In this document: positions 1 through 6,568 of the stretch, one piece after another
How positions within the stretch are numbered: position 1 is the stretch's first letter
Layout of the letters: each line of letters starts with the position of its first letter
From: a virus
Lineage: Duplodnaviria; Heunggongvirae; Uroviricota; Caudoviricetes
Length of the DNA: 11,336 nucleotides
Strand: one strand, 5' to 3'
Virus record (IMG/VR): IMGVR_UViG_2541047121_000017
Notes under the pieces: model-generated
What the model was told of the DNA's origin: nothing
Database searches by the model: none
What the model saw: the letters and a program-made list of their open reading frames with translations, nothing else
Made by a program: the position numbers and the translations under genes

Positions 1-120
1 GGCGGCGCAGAAAATGTGGTTAAAACAGAAACCCAGCAAACATTCGTAAATGGATTGCTCGGTTTTATTACTTTAGGCATTTATACTCCGCTGGAAGCGC
101 GGGTGTATTGCTCACAATAA
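1..120 (+). CDS. bor: Bor lipoprotein, C-terminal 39 codons plus stop (5' end lies outside the window)
   Basis: Frame 1 translates to GGAENVVKTETQQTFVNGLLGFITLGIYTPLEARVYCSQ*, which I recall as the C-terminus of lambda Bor. It is convergent with the lysis genes, as in lambda. Confidence 0.8.
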   Translation, partial: GGAENVVKTETQQTFVNGLLGFITLGIYTPLEARVYCSQ

Positions 121-151
121 TTGCATGAGTTGCCCATCGATATGGGCAGCG

Positions 152-613
152 CTATCTGCACTGCTCATTAATATACTTCTGGGTTCCTTCCAGTTGTTTT
201 TGCATAGTGATCAGCCTCTCTCTGAGGGTGAAATAATCCCGTTCAGCGGTGTCTGCCAGTCGGGGGGAGGCTGCATTATCCACGCCGGAGGCGGTGGTGG
301 CTTCACGCACTGACTGACAGACTGCTTTGATGTGCAACCGACGACGACCAGCGGCAACATCATCACGCAGAGCATCATTTTCAGCTTTCGCATCAGCTAA
401 CTCCTTCGTGTATTTTGCATCGAGCGCAGCAACATCACGCTGACGCATCTGCATGTCAGTAATTGTCGAGTTCGCCAGCTTCAGTTCTCTGGCATTTTTG
501 TCGCGCTGGGCTTTGTAGGTAATGGCGTTATCGCGGTAATGATTAACAGCCCATGACAAGCAAACGATGATGCAGATAACCAGAGCGGAAATAATCGCGG
601 TTACTCTGCTCAT
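152..613 (-). CDS. Rz: Rz i-spanin (inner-membrane spanin subunit)
   Basis: 153-aa ORF with N-terminal TM segment ([18 protein letters not shown]) and coiled-coil-like remainder; from memory near-identical to lambda Rz. Sits directly downstream of the endolysin with a 4-nt overlap. Confidence 0.9.
   Translation of the reverse strand: MSRVTAIISALVICIIVCLSWAVNHYRDNAITYKAQRDKNARELKLANSTITDMQMRQRDVAALDAKYTKELADAKAENDALRDDVAAGRRRLHIKAVCQSVREATTASGVDNAASPRLADTAERDYFTLRERLITMQKQLEGTQKYINEQCR
211..393 (-). CDS. Rz1: Rz1 o-spanin, outer-membrane lipoprotein embedded in the +1 frame of Rz
   Basis: 60-aa ORF entirely inside Rz in another frame. Has a signal peptide with lipobox (LVVVGC) and a proline-rich mature part ([15 protein letters not shown]), the classic Rz1 architecture. 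Confidence 0.85.
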   Translation of the reverse strand: MRKLKMMLCVMMLPLVVVGCTSKQSVSQCVKPPPPPAWIMQPPPDWQTPLNGIISPSERG

Positions 614-1086
614 ACCTCAATCTCTCTGACCGTTCCGCCTGCTTCTTTGAATTTTGCAATCAGGCTGTCAGCCTTATGCTCGAACTGACCGTAACCAGCG
701 CCCGGCAACGAAGCCCAGATATTGCTGCAACGGTCGATAGCCTGACGAATATCACCACGATCAATCATCGGTAAAGCGCCACGTTCTTTAATCTGCTGCA
801 ATGCCACAGCGTCCTGGCTTTTGGGGGAGAAGTCTTTCAAACCAAGCTGTTTACGGTAAGCATCCCACCAACGTGAAAGAAGCTGGTAACGTCCGGCGGC
901 TGTTGATTTGAGTTTGGGGTTTAGCGTGACAAGTTTGCGAGGGTGATCGGAGTAATCAGTGAAGAGTTCACCACCGACAATAACGTCATAACCGTGGTTA
1001 CGTGTCGGTTGTCGTCCGTTATCCGTTCCTTCTGACCAAGCCACCATATCAAGGAAAGCTTTACGCTGGGAATTTAGTACCTGCAT
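610..1086 (-). CDS. R: Endolysin R (lambda-type lytic transglycosylase)
   Basis: 158-aa ORF; from residue ~7 onward it matches my recollection of lambda R (…[45 protein letters not shown]…), while the first ~6 residues differ. Lies between holin and Rz. Confidence 0.9.
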   Translation of the reverse strand: MQVLNSQRKAFLDMVAWSEGTDNGRQPTRNHGYDVIVGGELFTDYSDHPRKLVTLNPKLKSTAAGRYQLLSRWWDAYRKQLGLKDFSPKSQDAVALQQIKERGALPMIDRGDIRQAIDRCSNIWASLPGAGYGQFEHKADSLIAKFKEAGGTVREIEV

Positions 1087-1089
1087 AAA

Positions 1090-1425
1090 TTACTCCTTAG
1101 AGCCACCAAATTTGTTACCGATTACTCGCATTGCAGCCCCACGAATAGCATCGACACCGATCAGCCCCACCCCACCACCAATGGCAACAGAAAGTGATTT
1201 AGGCCATCCGACATACTCAAGAGCGGATGCAAAGGTCAGCGTCAGAGCGCCACATAGCAAAATCTCGAGCGTTTTTCGCTTCCAGCCACCACCACCGCCA
1301 AAATAGGCGATGCGCAAACCAGCCATAACGATCGACATAATCACTGCACCCAGCGGTGTGTCTCCACGCCACCAGCTCTGAAACAACTCCAGCCAGTCCG
1401 GCCAGGTATTTGGGTTATGAGGCAT
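1090..1425 (-). CDS. Putative holin (about 111 aa, three predicted TM segments); not lambda S-like
   Basis: Small protein immediately upstream of the endolysin with three hydrophobic stretches and Gly-rich turns. Start placed at the internal ATG (1423-1425), which has a GAGAGA purine-rich stretch upstream. The longer 143-aa ORF to 1521 would run through a terminator hairpin. Confidence 0.6.
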   Translation of the reverse strand: MPHNPNTWPDWLELFQSWWRGDTPLGAVIMSIVMAGLRIAYFGGGGGWKRKTLEILLCGALTLTFASALEYVGWPKSLSVAIGGGVGLIGVDAIRGAAMRVIGNKFGGSKE

Positions 1426-1472
1426 TTCGTCATCTCTCACCTCGCGATATTTGCGGGTGCTGTGTTGGAAAT

Positions 1473-1494
1473 AAAAAGGCCACGCAACGTGGCC
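1473..1494 (-). terminator. Rho-independent terminator on the minus strand (7-bp stem ggccacg/cgtggcc, 3-nt loop, then a T5 run)
   Basis: Perfect inverted repeat at 1478-1494; the plus-strand A5 run at 1473-1477 reads as T5 after the stem on the minus strand. Lies downstream of the methylase remnant and just upstream of the holin start. Confidence 0.5.
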
Positions 1495-1561
1495 ACCAGA
1501 ATTATTTCCCCACCAGTTCACTTACCTCTTTCACCGTCTGATTAAACCGCTCTGACTCAAG

Positions 1562-1876
1562 TTAAACACCTAACGCCCGACGCCCCAGCGCCATTGCTGC
1601 TTTTATTGTGGAACCGAATCCCATAAAGAAATCAGCAACCAGATCACCAGGTCGACTACTGGCATTGATTATTTGCCTGAGCATATCCGCCGGTTTCTCG
1701 CACGGATGTTTACCCGGGTAGAACTGAACGGGCTTATGCGTCCTGACATCGGTATAAGGCACGGAGACTGATACGGAGAAATAGCGCCGGTGAGATTTAA
1801 ACTCATCCAGCAATTCAGAAGATTTGCAATTCAGTGAATCATGAGATACCACCAACTGGTGGTAGGATTGTCTCAA
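1562..1876 (-). pseudogene. 5'-truncated DNA methyltransferase remnant (N6A/N4C class; C-terminal portion only)
   Basis: 104-aa ORF carrying HPCEKP (like the HPTQKP motif) and DFFMGFGST (like the DPFxGSGTT AdoMet-binding motif). The N-terminal half, including any DPPY catalytic motif, is absent. Upstream is AT-rich non-coding DNA. Confidence 0.5.
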
Positions 1877-2046
1877 CTAGTGAGCTTTATACATTTAAGT
1901 GCGATGCACAGATAATAACCACGCCAATGGAATATCACACACAAAATTGATAGAACACTAACAATAAGCCACAAAATAATTCACAATTTATTTTTACAGT
2001 GGATAAGTAGCAAAGTAGTGAATGTGAATAACGGCTAACTAAGATG

Positions 2047-2074
2047 AAACAAAAAGCCCCACAATATGTGGGGC
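2047..2074 (-). terminator. Rho-independent terminator on the minus strand (8-bp stem gccccaca/tgtggggc, 3-nt loop, then TTTTTGTTT)
   Basis: Perfect inverted repeat at 2056-2074. The plus-strand aaacaaaaa at 2047-2055 gives a U-tract after the stem on the minus strand. About 60 bp downstream of the 61-aa gene. Confidence 0.55.
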
Positions 2075-2133
2075 TCCTTCGCGATTTATAGTAAAATAAT
2101 CGATTCTCTAGCTGAAAAAATCTTTAAAAATTA

Positions 2134-2319
2134 TCAGCAATACGCAAGTTTTTTACCGTCATCCGGTACTAGTTTGATCACTACACCAGGATTCTTACGC
2201 TCTAACATCTGAGTTTGACTCCATGTAATACCAAAGGTTTCCATTGGAGATGCATTGCCAGCAAAGAGTTCGGCGACGACTTTAGCTGCCTCAATCTCTA
2301 TCTGCTCATGATGTTTCAT
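2134..2319 (-). CDS. Hypothetical small protein (61 aa), second gene of the low-GC cassette
   Basis: ORF starting at the internal ATG (2317-2319), preceded by a GGGGA Shine-Dalgarno-like motif about 5 nt upstream; followed by a terminator. No family recognised. Confidence 0.5.
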   Translation of the reverse strand: MKHHEQIEIEAAKVVAELFAGNASPMETFGITWSQTQMLERKNPGVVIKLVPDDGKKLAYC

Positions 2320-2510
2320 AAAAATCCCCTTGTTCAGCACTAAGCTGTAGTTGCTTCTTTGAAGCATAAAGGCAACAAAGTTTGTTACCTGAAGATGTAT
2401 AAAGTAAAGCGTAGTACATTTTGTGTGTGCTTTGTGTGGATCCAGATTGCATCAACTAAAAGAGGTTTTCAATACTTTTGTAATGATTCTGGAGAAATTA
2501 AGAATCTAAC

Positions 2511-3053
2511 TCACACTGATTGGTTAGGTAAAACGCTCCTAAGCACCATTGCGCAACCACCTCGTTCGTAATCAGCAATGTACTCAAAACCACTTTCAGT
2601 ATAGTATCTTATTGCCCCATCAACTGGACTAACTAAAGCTATCGAATCAATAGATTCACCCTGAAGGTTCAGAAATCGTGCATATGCAGAGAAGCAATCC
2701 AAAACGATACCAAGCATCTGATGGTCTAGGTCTTCATGTGCATCATTACGTTTTTCCATCCAGCAAATATGCACCGCATTTTTCGGCTTACAGTAACACC
2801 CAAATGCAAATCCAATAGGCTCCCCACGATAATAAACAACTAGTTTTATCGGGTGTTCTTCCATCATATCCATAAACACTCGCGACTTTAGTCCGGGATC
2901 CCACCGCAGTTTATTGTTAGCCTTGAGGAACTCCATATCTTTTAGTACCAGCTCGTCGGCATATACGAGCCCTAACGACTTATGAGGGAAGCGCCCTTTT
3001 AAATACTCTGCAACATTTTTAAATACTGCTGTTTGGAAGGCTTGAAACATCAT
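2511..3053 (-). CDS. Hypothetical protein (180 aa), first gene of the low-GC cassette; function unknown
   Basis: Clean 543-nt ORF in a region of lower GC than the flanking prophage genes. Has its own candidate promoter upstream. No transmembrane segments are obvious. The alternating beta-strand-like pattern and C-terminal YYTESGFEY hint weakly at an acyltransferase-like fold, but no GNAT motif A is visible. Confidence 0.6.
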   Translation of the reverse strand: MMFQAFQTAVFKNVAEYLKGRFPHKSLGLVYADELVLKDMEFLKANNKLRWDPGLKSRVFMDMMEEHPIKLVVYYRGEPIGFAFGCYCKPKNAVHICWMEKRNDAHEDLDHQMLGIVLDCFSAYARFLNLQGESIDSIALVSPVDGAIRYYTESGFEYIADYERGGCAMVLRSVLPNQSV

Positions 3054-3080
3054 GTCGATCCAGACGAGACGAAAGTTTAA

Positions 3081-3110
3081 ATTCTACCTACTCGCCGAAT
3101 ACCATTTCAA
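3081..3110 (-). promoter_or_regulatory. Candidate sigma70 promoter for the cassette (-35 TTGAAA, 18-bp spacer, -10 TAGAAT on the minus strand)
   Basis: Read on the minus strand: TTGAAA at 3110-3105 and TAGAAT at 3086-3081. Lies between the upstream terminator and the 180-aa gene start, leaving a leader of about 20-30 nt. Confidence 0.35.
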
Positions 3111-3130
3111 TGCCACACATCTAAAATTCC

Positions 3131-3165
3131 GAAAAAAAACCCGCACATCAGCGGGTTTTCTACTT
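3131..3165. terminator. Bidirectional intrinsic terminator hairpin (7-bp stem aacccgc/gcgggtt, A8 run on one side, T-rich on the other); candidate tR' for the late promoter
   Basis: Inverted repeat at 3138-3157, flanked by gaaaaaaaa upstream and ttctacttttt downstream on the plus strand. On the minus strand it is followed by a U8 tract, about 100 bp downstream of the Q stop. Confidence 0.55.
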
Positions 3166-3204
3166 TTTATTAAAGCCGGACACACAATGCCTATCATTGA
3201 GAAA

Positions 3205-3232
3205 ATATTATCCATTTTTTTGAAAAATGCAA
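3205..3232 (-). promoter_or_regulatory. Candidate late promoter pR'-like (-35 TTGCAT, 16-bp spacer, -10 TAATAT) just downstream of Q
   Basis: Minus-strand hexamers at 3232-3227 and 3210-3205. The position between the Q stop and the terminator matches the lambdoid pR'/tR' layout. Sequence match is only moderate. Confidence 0.3.
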
Positions 3233-3263
3233 GCATCATGTCGCCATTTTCGTCGAAAATCAT

Positions 3264-4016
3264 TCATCTCGTCACTTTCCTCAATTGTGTCTCAGCATAC
3301 GCTTCTTCCTGCCAGCACTTTGTAACCAGTTTATCAATGACATCTGCATATCCTTTGTACCACTGATAATCCGTCAGGTCTGGTACCAGCTTCTGGACAT
3401 GAAGCCGCGCCAGTGTGGTTGGTAAACGGCTAAACCGGTTTCCATTGCAACGCCCACAAACCTTATAAACAGGCGTGCCATGAAGCCTGGTTCTTTTTTC
3501 ATCCAGGACAATACCTTTACCCTTACACCCTCTGCACGCTGTGCTGACTTCTCCCTTACCATGACAATGCTGACACAGTTCCTTCACCCACTCTTCCTTG
3601 ATAACAGATTCCCCGCTTCTGGAGTGTTTCACCACCTCGCGCAATACATCATGAAATCCAGTACCAGCACAATGCTCACAGCGAGCCTTACTTGCCGCAG
3701 ACCTGGAATAATCAGCAAAGGCAAAATTCACAAGGTAAGGAATGATCTGTAGCCGGGTTTCTTCACTCAATTTGTTCAATGTCGGGTTATCCAGTGCCAT
3801 CGCGTAATTGAGCAGACCTTCAATCGCAAACTGAGGATCCTGAACACCAACTTTTGCCAGGAATAAGGCAAACCCAAGCGGTGCTTTCGACTGCACCATC
3901 CCCTGCGCAGCCATTACATCCGTAATTGTTAAACCACCAGAGCCTGTCGCCGGTGCGTCATCGCTCAATTTTGGAGATTTTGGGGAGTAATATTTCGGTA
4001 AGGCTTCAAAGTTCAT
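3264..4016 (-). CDS. Q: Late-gene antitermination protein Q (250-aa type with multiple CxxC/CxxH zinc-binding motifs)
   Basis: 250-aa ORF with CEHCAGTG, CQHCHGKG, CRGCKGKG and CGRCNG motifs; the N-terminus (…LPKYYSPKSPKLSDDAPATG…) matches my recollection of Q of E. coli cryptic lambdoid prophages (quuQ-like). Sits upstream of the late promoter/terminator and lysis genes. Confidence 0.85.
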   Translation of the reverse strand: MNFEALPKYYSPKSPKLSDDAPATGSGGLTITDVMAAQGMVQSKAPLGFALFLAKVGVQDPQFAIEGLLNYAMALDNPTLNKLSEETRLQIIPYLVNFAFADYSRSAASKARCEHCAGTGFHDVLREVVKHSRSGESVIKEEWVKELCQHCHGKGEVSTACRGCKGKGIVLDEKRTRLHGTPVYKVCGRCNGNRFSRLPTTLARLHVQKLVPDLTDYQWYKGYADVIDKLVTKCWQEEAYAETQLRKVTR

Positions 4017-4029
4017 GCTCGTTCTCCAC

Positions 4030-5025
4030 TTACGCCAGTACGCCTATTGCCAGCGCACGATCGATAAAACGAAATATCAGCTCCAGCTGGGAGCCATACT
4101 TCTCTTCAAATGCCACGGTATCCGCATGCAGCTCGTCGTGATGCTTTCTGCACAAAGGCAACACAAAGAGGTCATGCGCTTTTGTACCCATTCCTCCCTG
4201 ACCGTGACCTATCAGGTGGTGGGGATCATCAGCAGGCTTTCCACAACATGCACACGGCTGTGTCTTAACCCAGCGCGTGTACTTTTCATTAACCCAGCGG
4301 CGACGTTTTGGGCGTAACATAAAAGACTCCGGCGACTCAGGATCCACTTTCAGCGCCAGCACCTTTTTCGCTTTATCCTGGATGATGCTGGTGGCAGGAA
4401 CCGAAGGCACAAGGTCACTTTCCCGGGTAACAGACGGCACAACAGGCTTCGGTAATCTAAGTGCCTTACGGGCTGCACTTTCCGGTAAGGCATCCGCCAG
4501 GTCATTACGAATCAGCCACCAGCACAGTTCCGGCATTGTCACAACGTGACTGTCATCAAAACCGAGATCCCGACGCACAACAGACAACACCCAGCGGGCA
4601 CAGTTATCCGTTGCCATTGATTCCAGCCGTTCCGTGAACTGATCGCGCAGCTGGTTATCGCAGTGCCAGCACAGACGGATTGCGCCCGGAGCGTGTCGCA
4701 TTGTGGTCATGTTCTCGCTGTGCCAGTCGGAATGAGGCCACTGGCAGCCTTTTTCACGAAGTAACCAGCTTTCAAGACATTCCACGCCACCAGCACGACG
4801 GATCACTGCCTCATTGCGGAACACGGCCCGAACGGCAGGATCATCCGCCAGCGGTTGTGATGCCGCCGGAACGGCACCACTGGCGAAAGATGAATAACGT
4901 TCCGGCTCAGGCTCCAGCAGGACACGCCCCTGCATAAACAGGGGCATCAGCTCTGAACCTGGCCTGAACAATACGATCCCCATACGCGGGGCAATTTCAG
5001 GAGTCAGTAGTGCTCTCACGGTCAC
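4030..5025 (-). CDS. nin-region protein with C-terminal Cys/His-rich HNH-like domain (DUF968-like)
   Basis: 331-aa ORF whose C-terminus has CACCGKPADDPHHLIGHGQGG…LPLCRKHHDELH. The first codon is GTG; a GAGGT Shine-Dalgarno-like motif favours a GTG start at 5019-5025. Family assignment is from memory only. Confidence 0.65.
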   Translation of the reverse strand: MTVRALLTPEIAPRMGIVLFRPGSELMPLFMQGRVLLEPEPERYSSFASGAVPAASQPLADDPAVRAVFRNEAVIRRAGGVECLESWLLREKGCQWPHSDWHSENMTTMRHAPGAIRLCWHCDNQLRDQFTERLESMATDNCARWVLSVVRRDLGFDDSHVVTMPELCWWLIRNDLADALPESAARKALRLPKPVVPSVTRESDLVPSVPATSIIQDKAKKVLALKVDPESPESFMLRPKRRRWVNEKYTRWVKTQPCACCGKPADDPHHLIGHGQGGMGTKAHDLFVLPLCRKHHDELHADTVAFEEKYGSQLELIFRFIDRALAIGVLA

Positions 5026-5026
5026 C

Positions 5027-5836
5027 TCAATGAACGGTATCGAGCAGCTTTAACAGCTCAGGGAATCGGGATTCGAAGAAATGCGGCTGCGTCTCGCGCG
5101 GATTTGCGGGACTGGTGATGTTCTTGCCGAACATGCAGCCTTTCGCTGTCAGCGACCAGAATTTTTTGATGTTGTTAATCGCAGTGCGGCTGTATCGTTC
5201 ACGTTGTTCAACGATCCCCAGCTTCGCCATCTGGTGATATGCCTGATTAGCTGTCAGGCGGATACCATACTGCTTCAGCAGTGCACTCAATGATAGCGTG
5301 GGGCGGCTTGAGCCATCAGGCGCGTCAGCAGGAGCATCAATGGCATAGCGCGGTGCCAGATTCGGTAAGCCAACAGCCTCCTGGAGTTTCTGACAGGCAC
5401 CAAGCACTGAAGAGTTAGACAGGTTTAACTCCCGGCGCATAAAGTCCAGCAGGATCACGCCAGCCTGCATCTTGTCAGCAGCCTGTCCGGATAATTTTTC
5501 CGGTGCGCTGGTTACCATATCGAAAGTACGGATCACCTTCAGATGGAATGACGGGCTGATCCACATTGCATAGGCATACACCAGTTCCTTGCAGACATAC
5601 GTTCCCCGTTCATTTCCCCCATGAATCACACTCACCGGGTCAACACCCAAATTCTGGGTGTTGGTCAATTCATGAACAAGCTCAACAGTTTGTTGGCTGG
5701 AAAGAAACTTTCCCGGCTCCTTGGTTCTGGCATTTGCACCAGATGCTACTGCTGCGCGATGCAGATCGTTCAGGCTGTAACGCCCATAAGCATCACGACG
5801 AACTTCAATACCATCAATGACCATCAGATTATTCAT
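5027..5836 (-). CDS. KilA-N domain protein (Roi/antirepressor-like)
   Basis: 269-aa ORF; the N-terminus MNNLMVIDGIEVRRDAYGRYSLNDLHRAA… resembles KilA-N/APSES-type DNA-binding domains. Strong Shine-Dalgarno motif (GAGGAG) 8 nt upstream of the ATG. Confidence 0.7.
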   Translation of the reverse strand: MNNLMVIDGIEVRRDAYGRYSLNDLHRAAVASGANARTKEPGKFLSSQQTVELVHELTNTQNLGVDPVSVIHGGNERGTYVCKELVYAYAMWISPSFHLKVIRTFDMVTSAPEKLSGQAADKMQAGVILLDFMRRELNLSNSSVLGACQKLQEAVGLPNLAPRYAIDAPADAPDGSSRPTLSLSALLKQYGIRLTANQAYHQMAKLGIVEQRERYSRTAINNIKKFWSLTAKGCMFGKNITSPANPRETQPHFFESRFPELLKLLDTVH

Positions 5837-5855
5837 ACTTCGTTTCTCCTCTTAA

Positions 5856-6245
5856 TCAGGCGGCTGCACCCGCCGTTTTCTCGTACTTACTGATAGTGAT
5901 CTCGACCTTCCCTTCCGGGATAACCGGTCCCCACTCCACCAGCATTCTTTTCACCTGACTGTCGTCTTCCCACACACCCGCGTGGGTCAGGGCGTCAAAC
6001 AGCGCCTTGTTATAGTTGTCCAGATCGCGGATCCGGTTATCCGGAGGAAACAACACGATCTCCACTGAAGCAGGTGCCGACGTTGGTTTCGGCAGACGAC
6101 GTAACTGCTCAACTATTGCTGCGCACGCCGCGCTCTGGAATTTTCGCCCCGCCGCGCTTATCAGGCTCTTACCAGCAAACGCCCCTTTGTTGGGGTGTCG
6201 CCAGTACGTGTTCACGCTGGGCGGAAAAGGCAGGATCAGCTTCAT
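5856..6245 (-). CDS. rusA: RusA-family Holliday junction resolvase
   Basis: 129-aa ORF alignable to E. coli RusA (LPFPPSVNTYWRH…; …RDLDNYNKALFDALTHAGVWEDDSQV… vs RusA …[26 protein letters not shown]…). Its start overlaps the upstream stop (ATGA). Confidence 0.9.
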   Translation of the reverse strand: MKLILPFPPSVNTYWRHPNKGAFAGKSLISAAGRKFQSAACAAIVEQLRRLPKPTSAPASVEIVLFPPDNRIRDLDNYNKALFDALTHAGVWEDDSQVKRMLVEWGPVIPEGKVEITISKYEKTAGAAA

Positions 6246-6568
6246 ACTTTCAGGTCCCTCTCATGTAACCAGTGGGTTGCACGCAGCCTTGCGTTTTCCT
6301 CACCGGCAAGCAGTGCGCGGATAATCCCGACCGCCTCGCTGTCGTCGTCCTTCACCGCGATATGAAGCGTTATCCCCCGGGCCACGCCACGCTTTATCGT
6401 GATGACGCCTTTTTTCTCCAGTGCGCGAAGATGCTCCACCGCTGCATTCACTGAACGGTATCCCAGCATGGTTGCCACCTCCTGATTGGTTGGCGGGAAG
6501 CCACGTTCTTTCTGATAAGAAATCAGCATATCCAGCACCTGCTGCTGGCATTGAGTTAACGTCGTCAT
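6242..6568 (-). CDS. LexA N-terminal DNA-binding-domain homologue lacking the S24 peptidase domain (108 aa)
   Basis: Residues ~4-70 align with E. coli LexA 1-70 (LTxxQQxV…G.PPT..E.A..LG.RS.NAA.EHL.AL..KGVI.I..G..RGI.L). The ORF ends soon after a linker (…ALLAGEENA…) with no Ser/Lys catalytic domain. ATGA overlaps at both ends. Confidence 0.8.
   Translation of the reverse strand: MTTLTQCQQQVLDMLISYQKERGFPPTNQEVATMLGYRSVNAAVEHLRALEKKGVITIKRGVARGITLHIAVKDDDSEAVGIIRALLAGEENARLRATHWLHERDLKV

Noticed and set aside
1426-1521. N-terminal 32-codon extension of the holin ORF (143-aa version)
   Set aside because: The extension spans an intrinsic terminator hairpin (1478-1494) and has no ribosome-binding site; the internal ATG at 1423-1425 is a better start.
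1112-1541. Plus-strand ORFs 1112-1306 and 1356-1541
   Set aside because: Antisense to the holin gene, Pro/Ser-rich low-complexity translations, no ribosome-binding context; likely frame shadows.
1877-2133. Possible tRNA gene in the AT-rich spacer (lambdoid phages often carry tRNAs between Q and S)
   Set aside because: No GTTCRANYC T-loop-like motif or cloverleaf-compatible inverted repeats seen; the sequence is simply AT-rich.
2511-3053. Idea that the 180-aa protein is a GNAT-type toxin of a GNAT/RHH toxin-antitoxin pair
   Set aside because: No clear GNAT motif A (R/Q-x-x-G-x-G/A) is visible, and the gene order (large gene first, small gene 190 bp downstream) is opposite to known GNAT toxin-antitoxin operons. 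Kept only as a fold hint needing a profile search.
3052-3366. Plus-strand 104-aa ORF
   Set aside because: Spans the terminator/promoter intergenic region and runs antisense into the 3' end of Q; no supporting signals.
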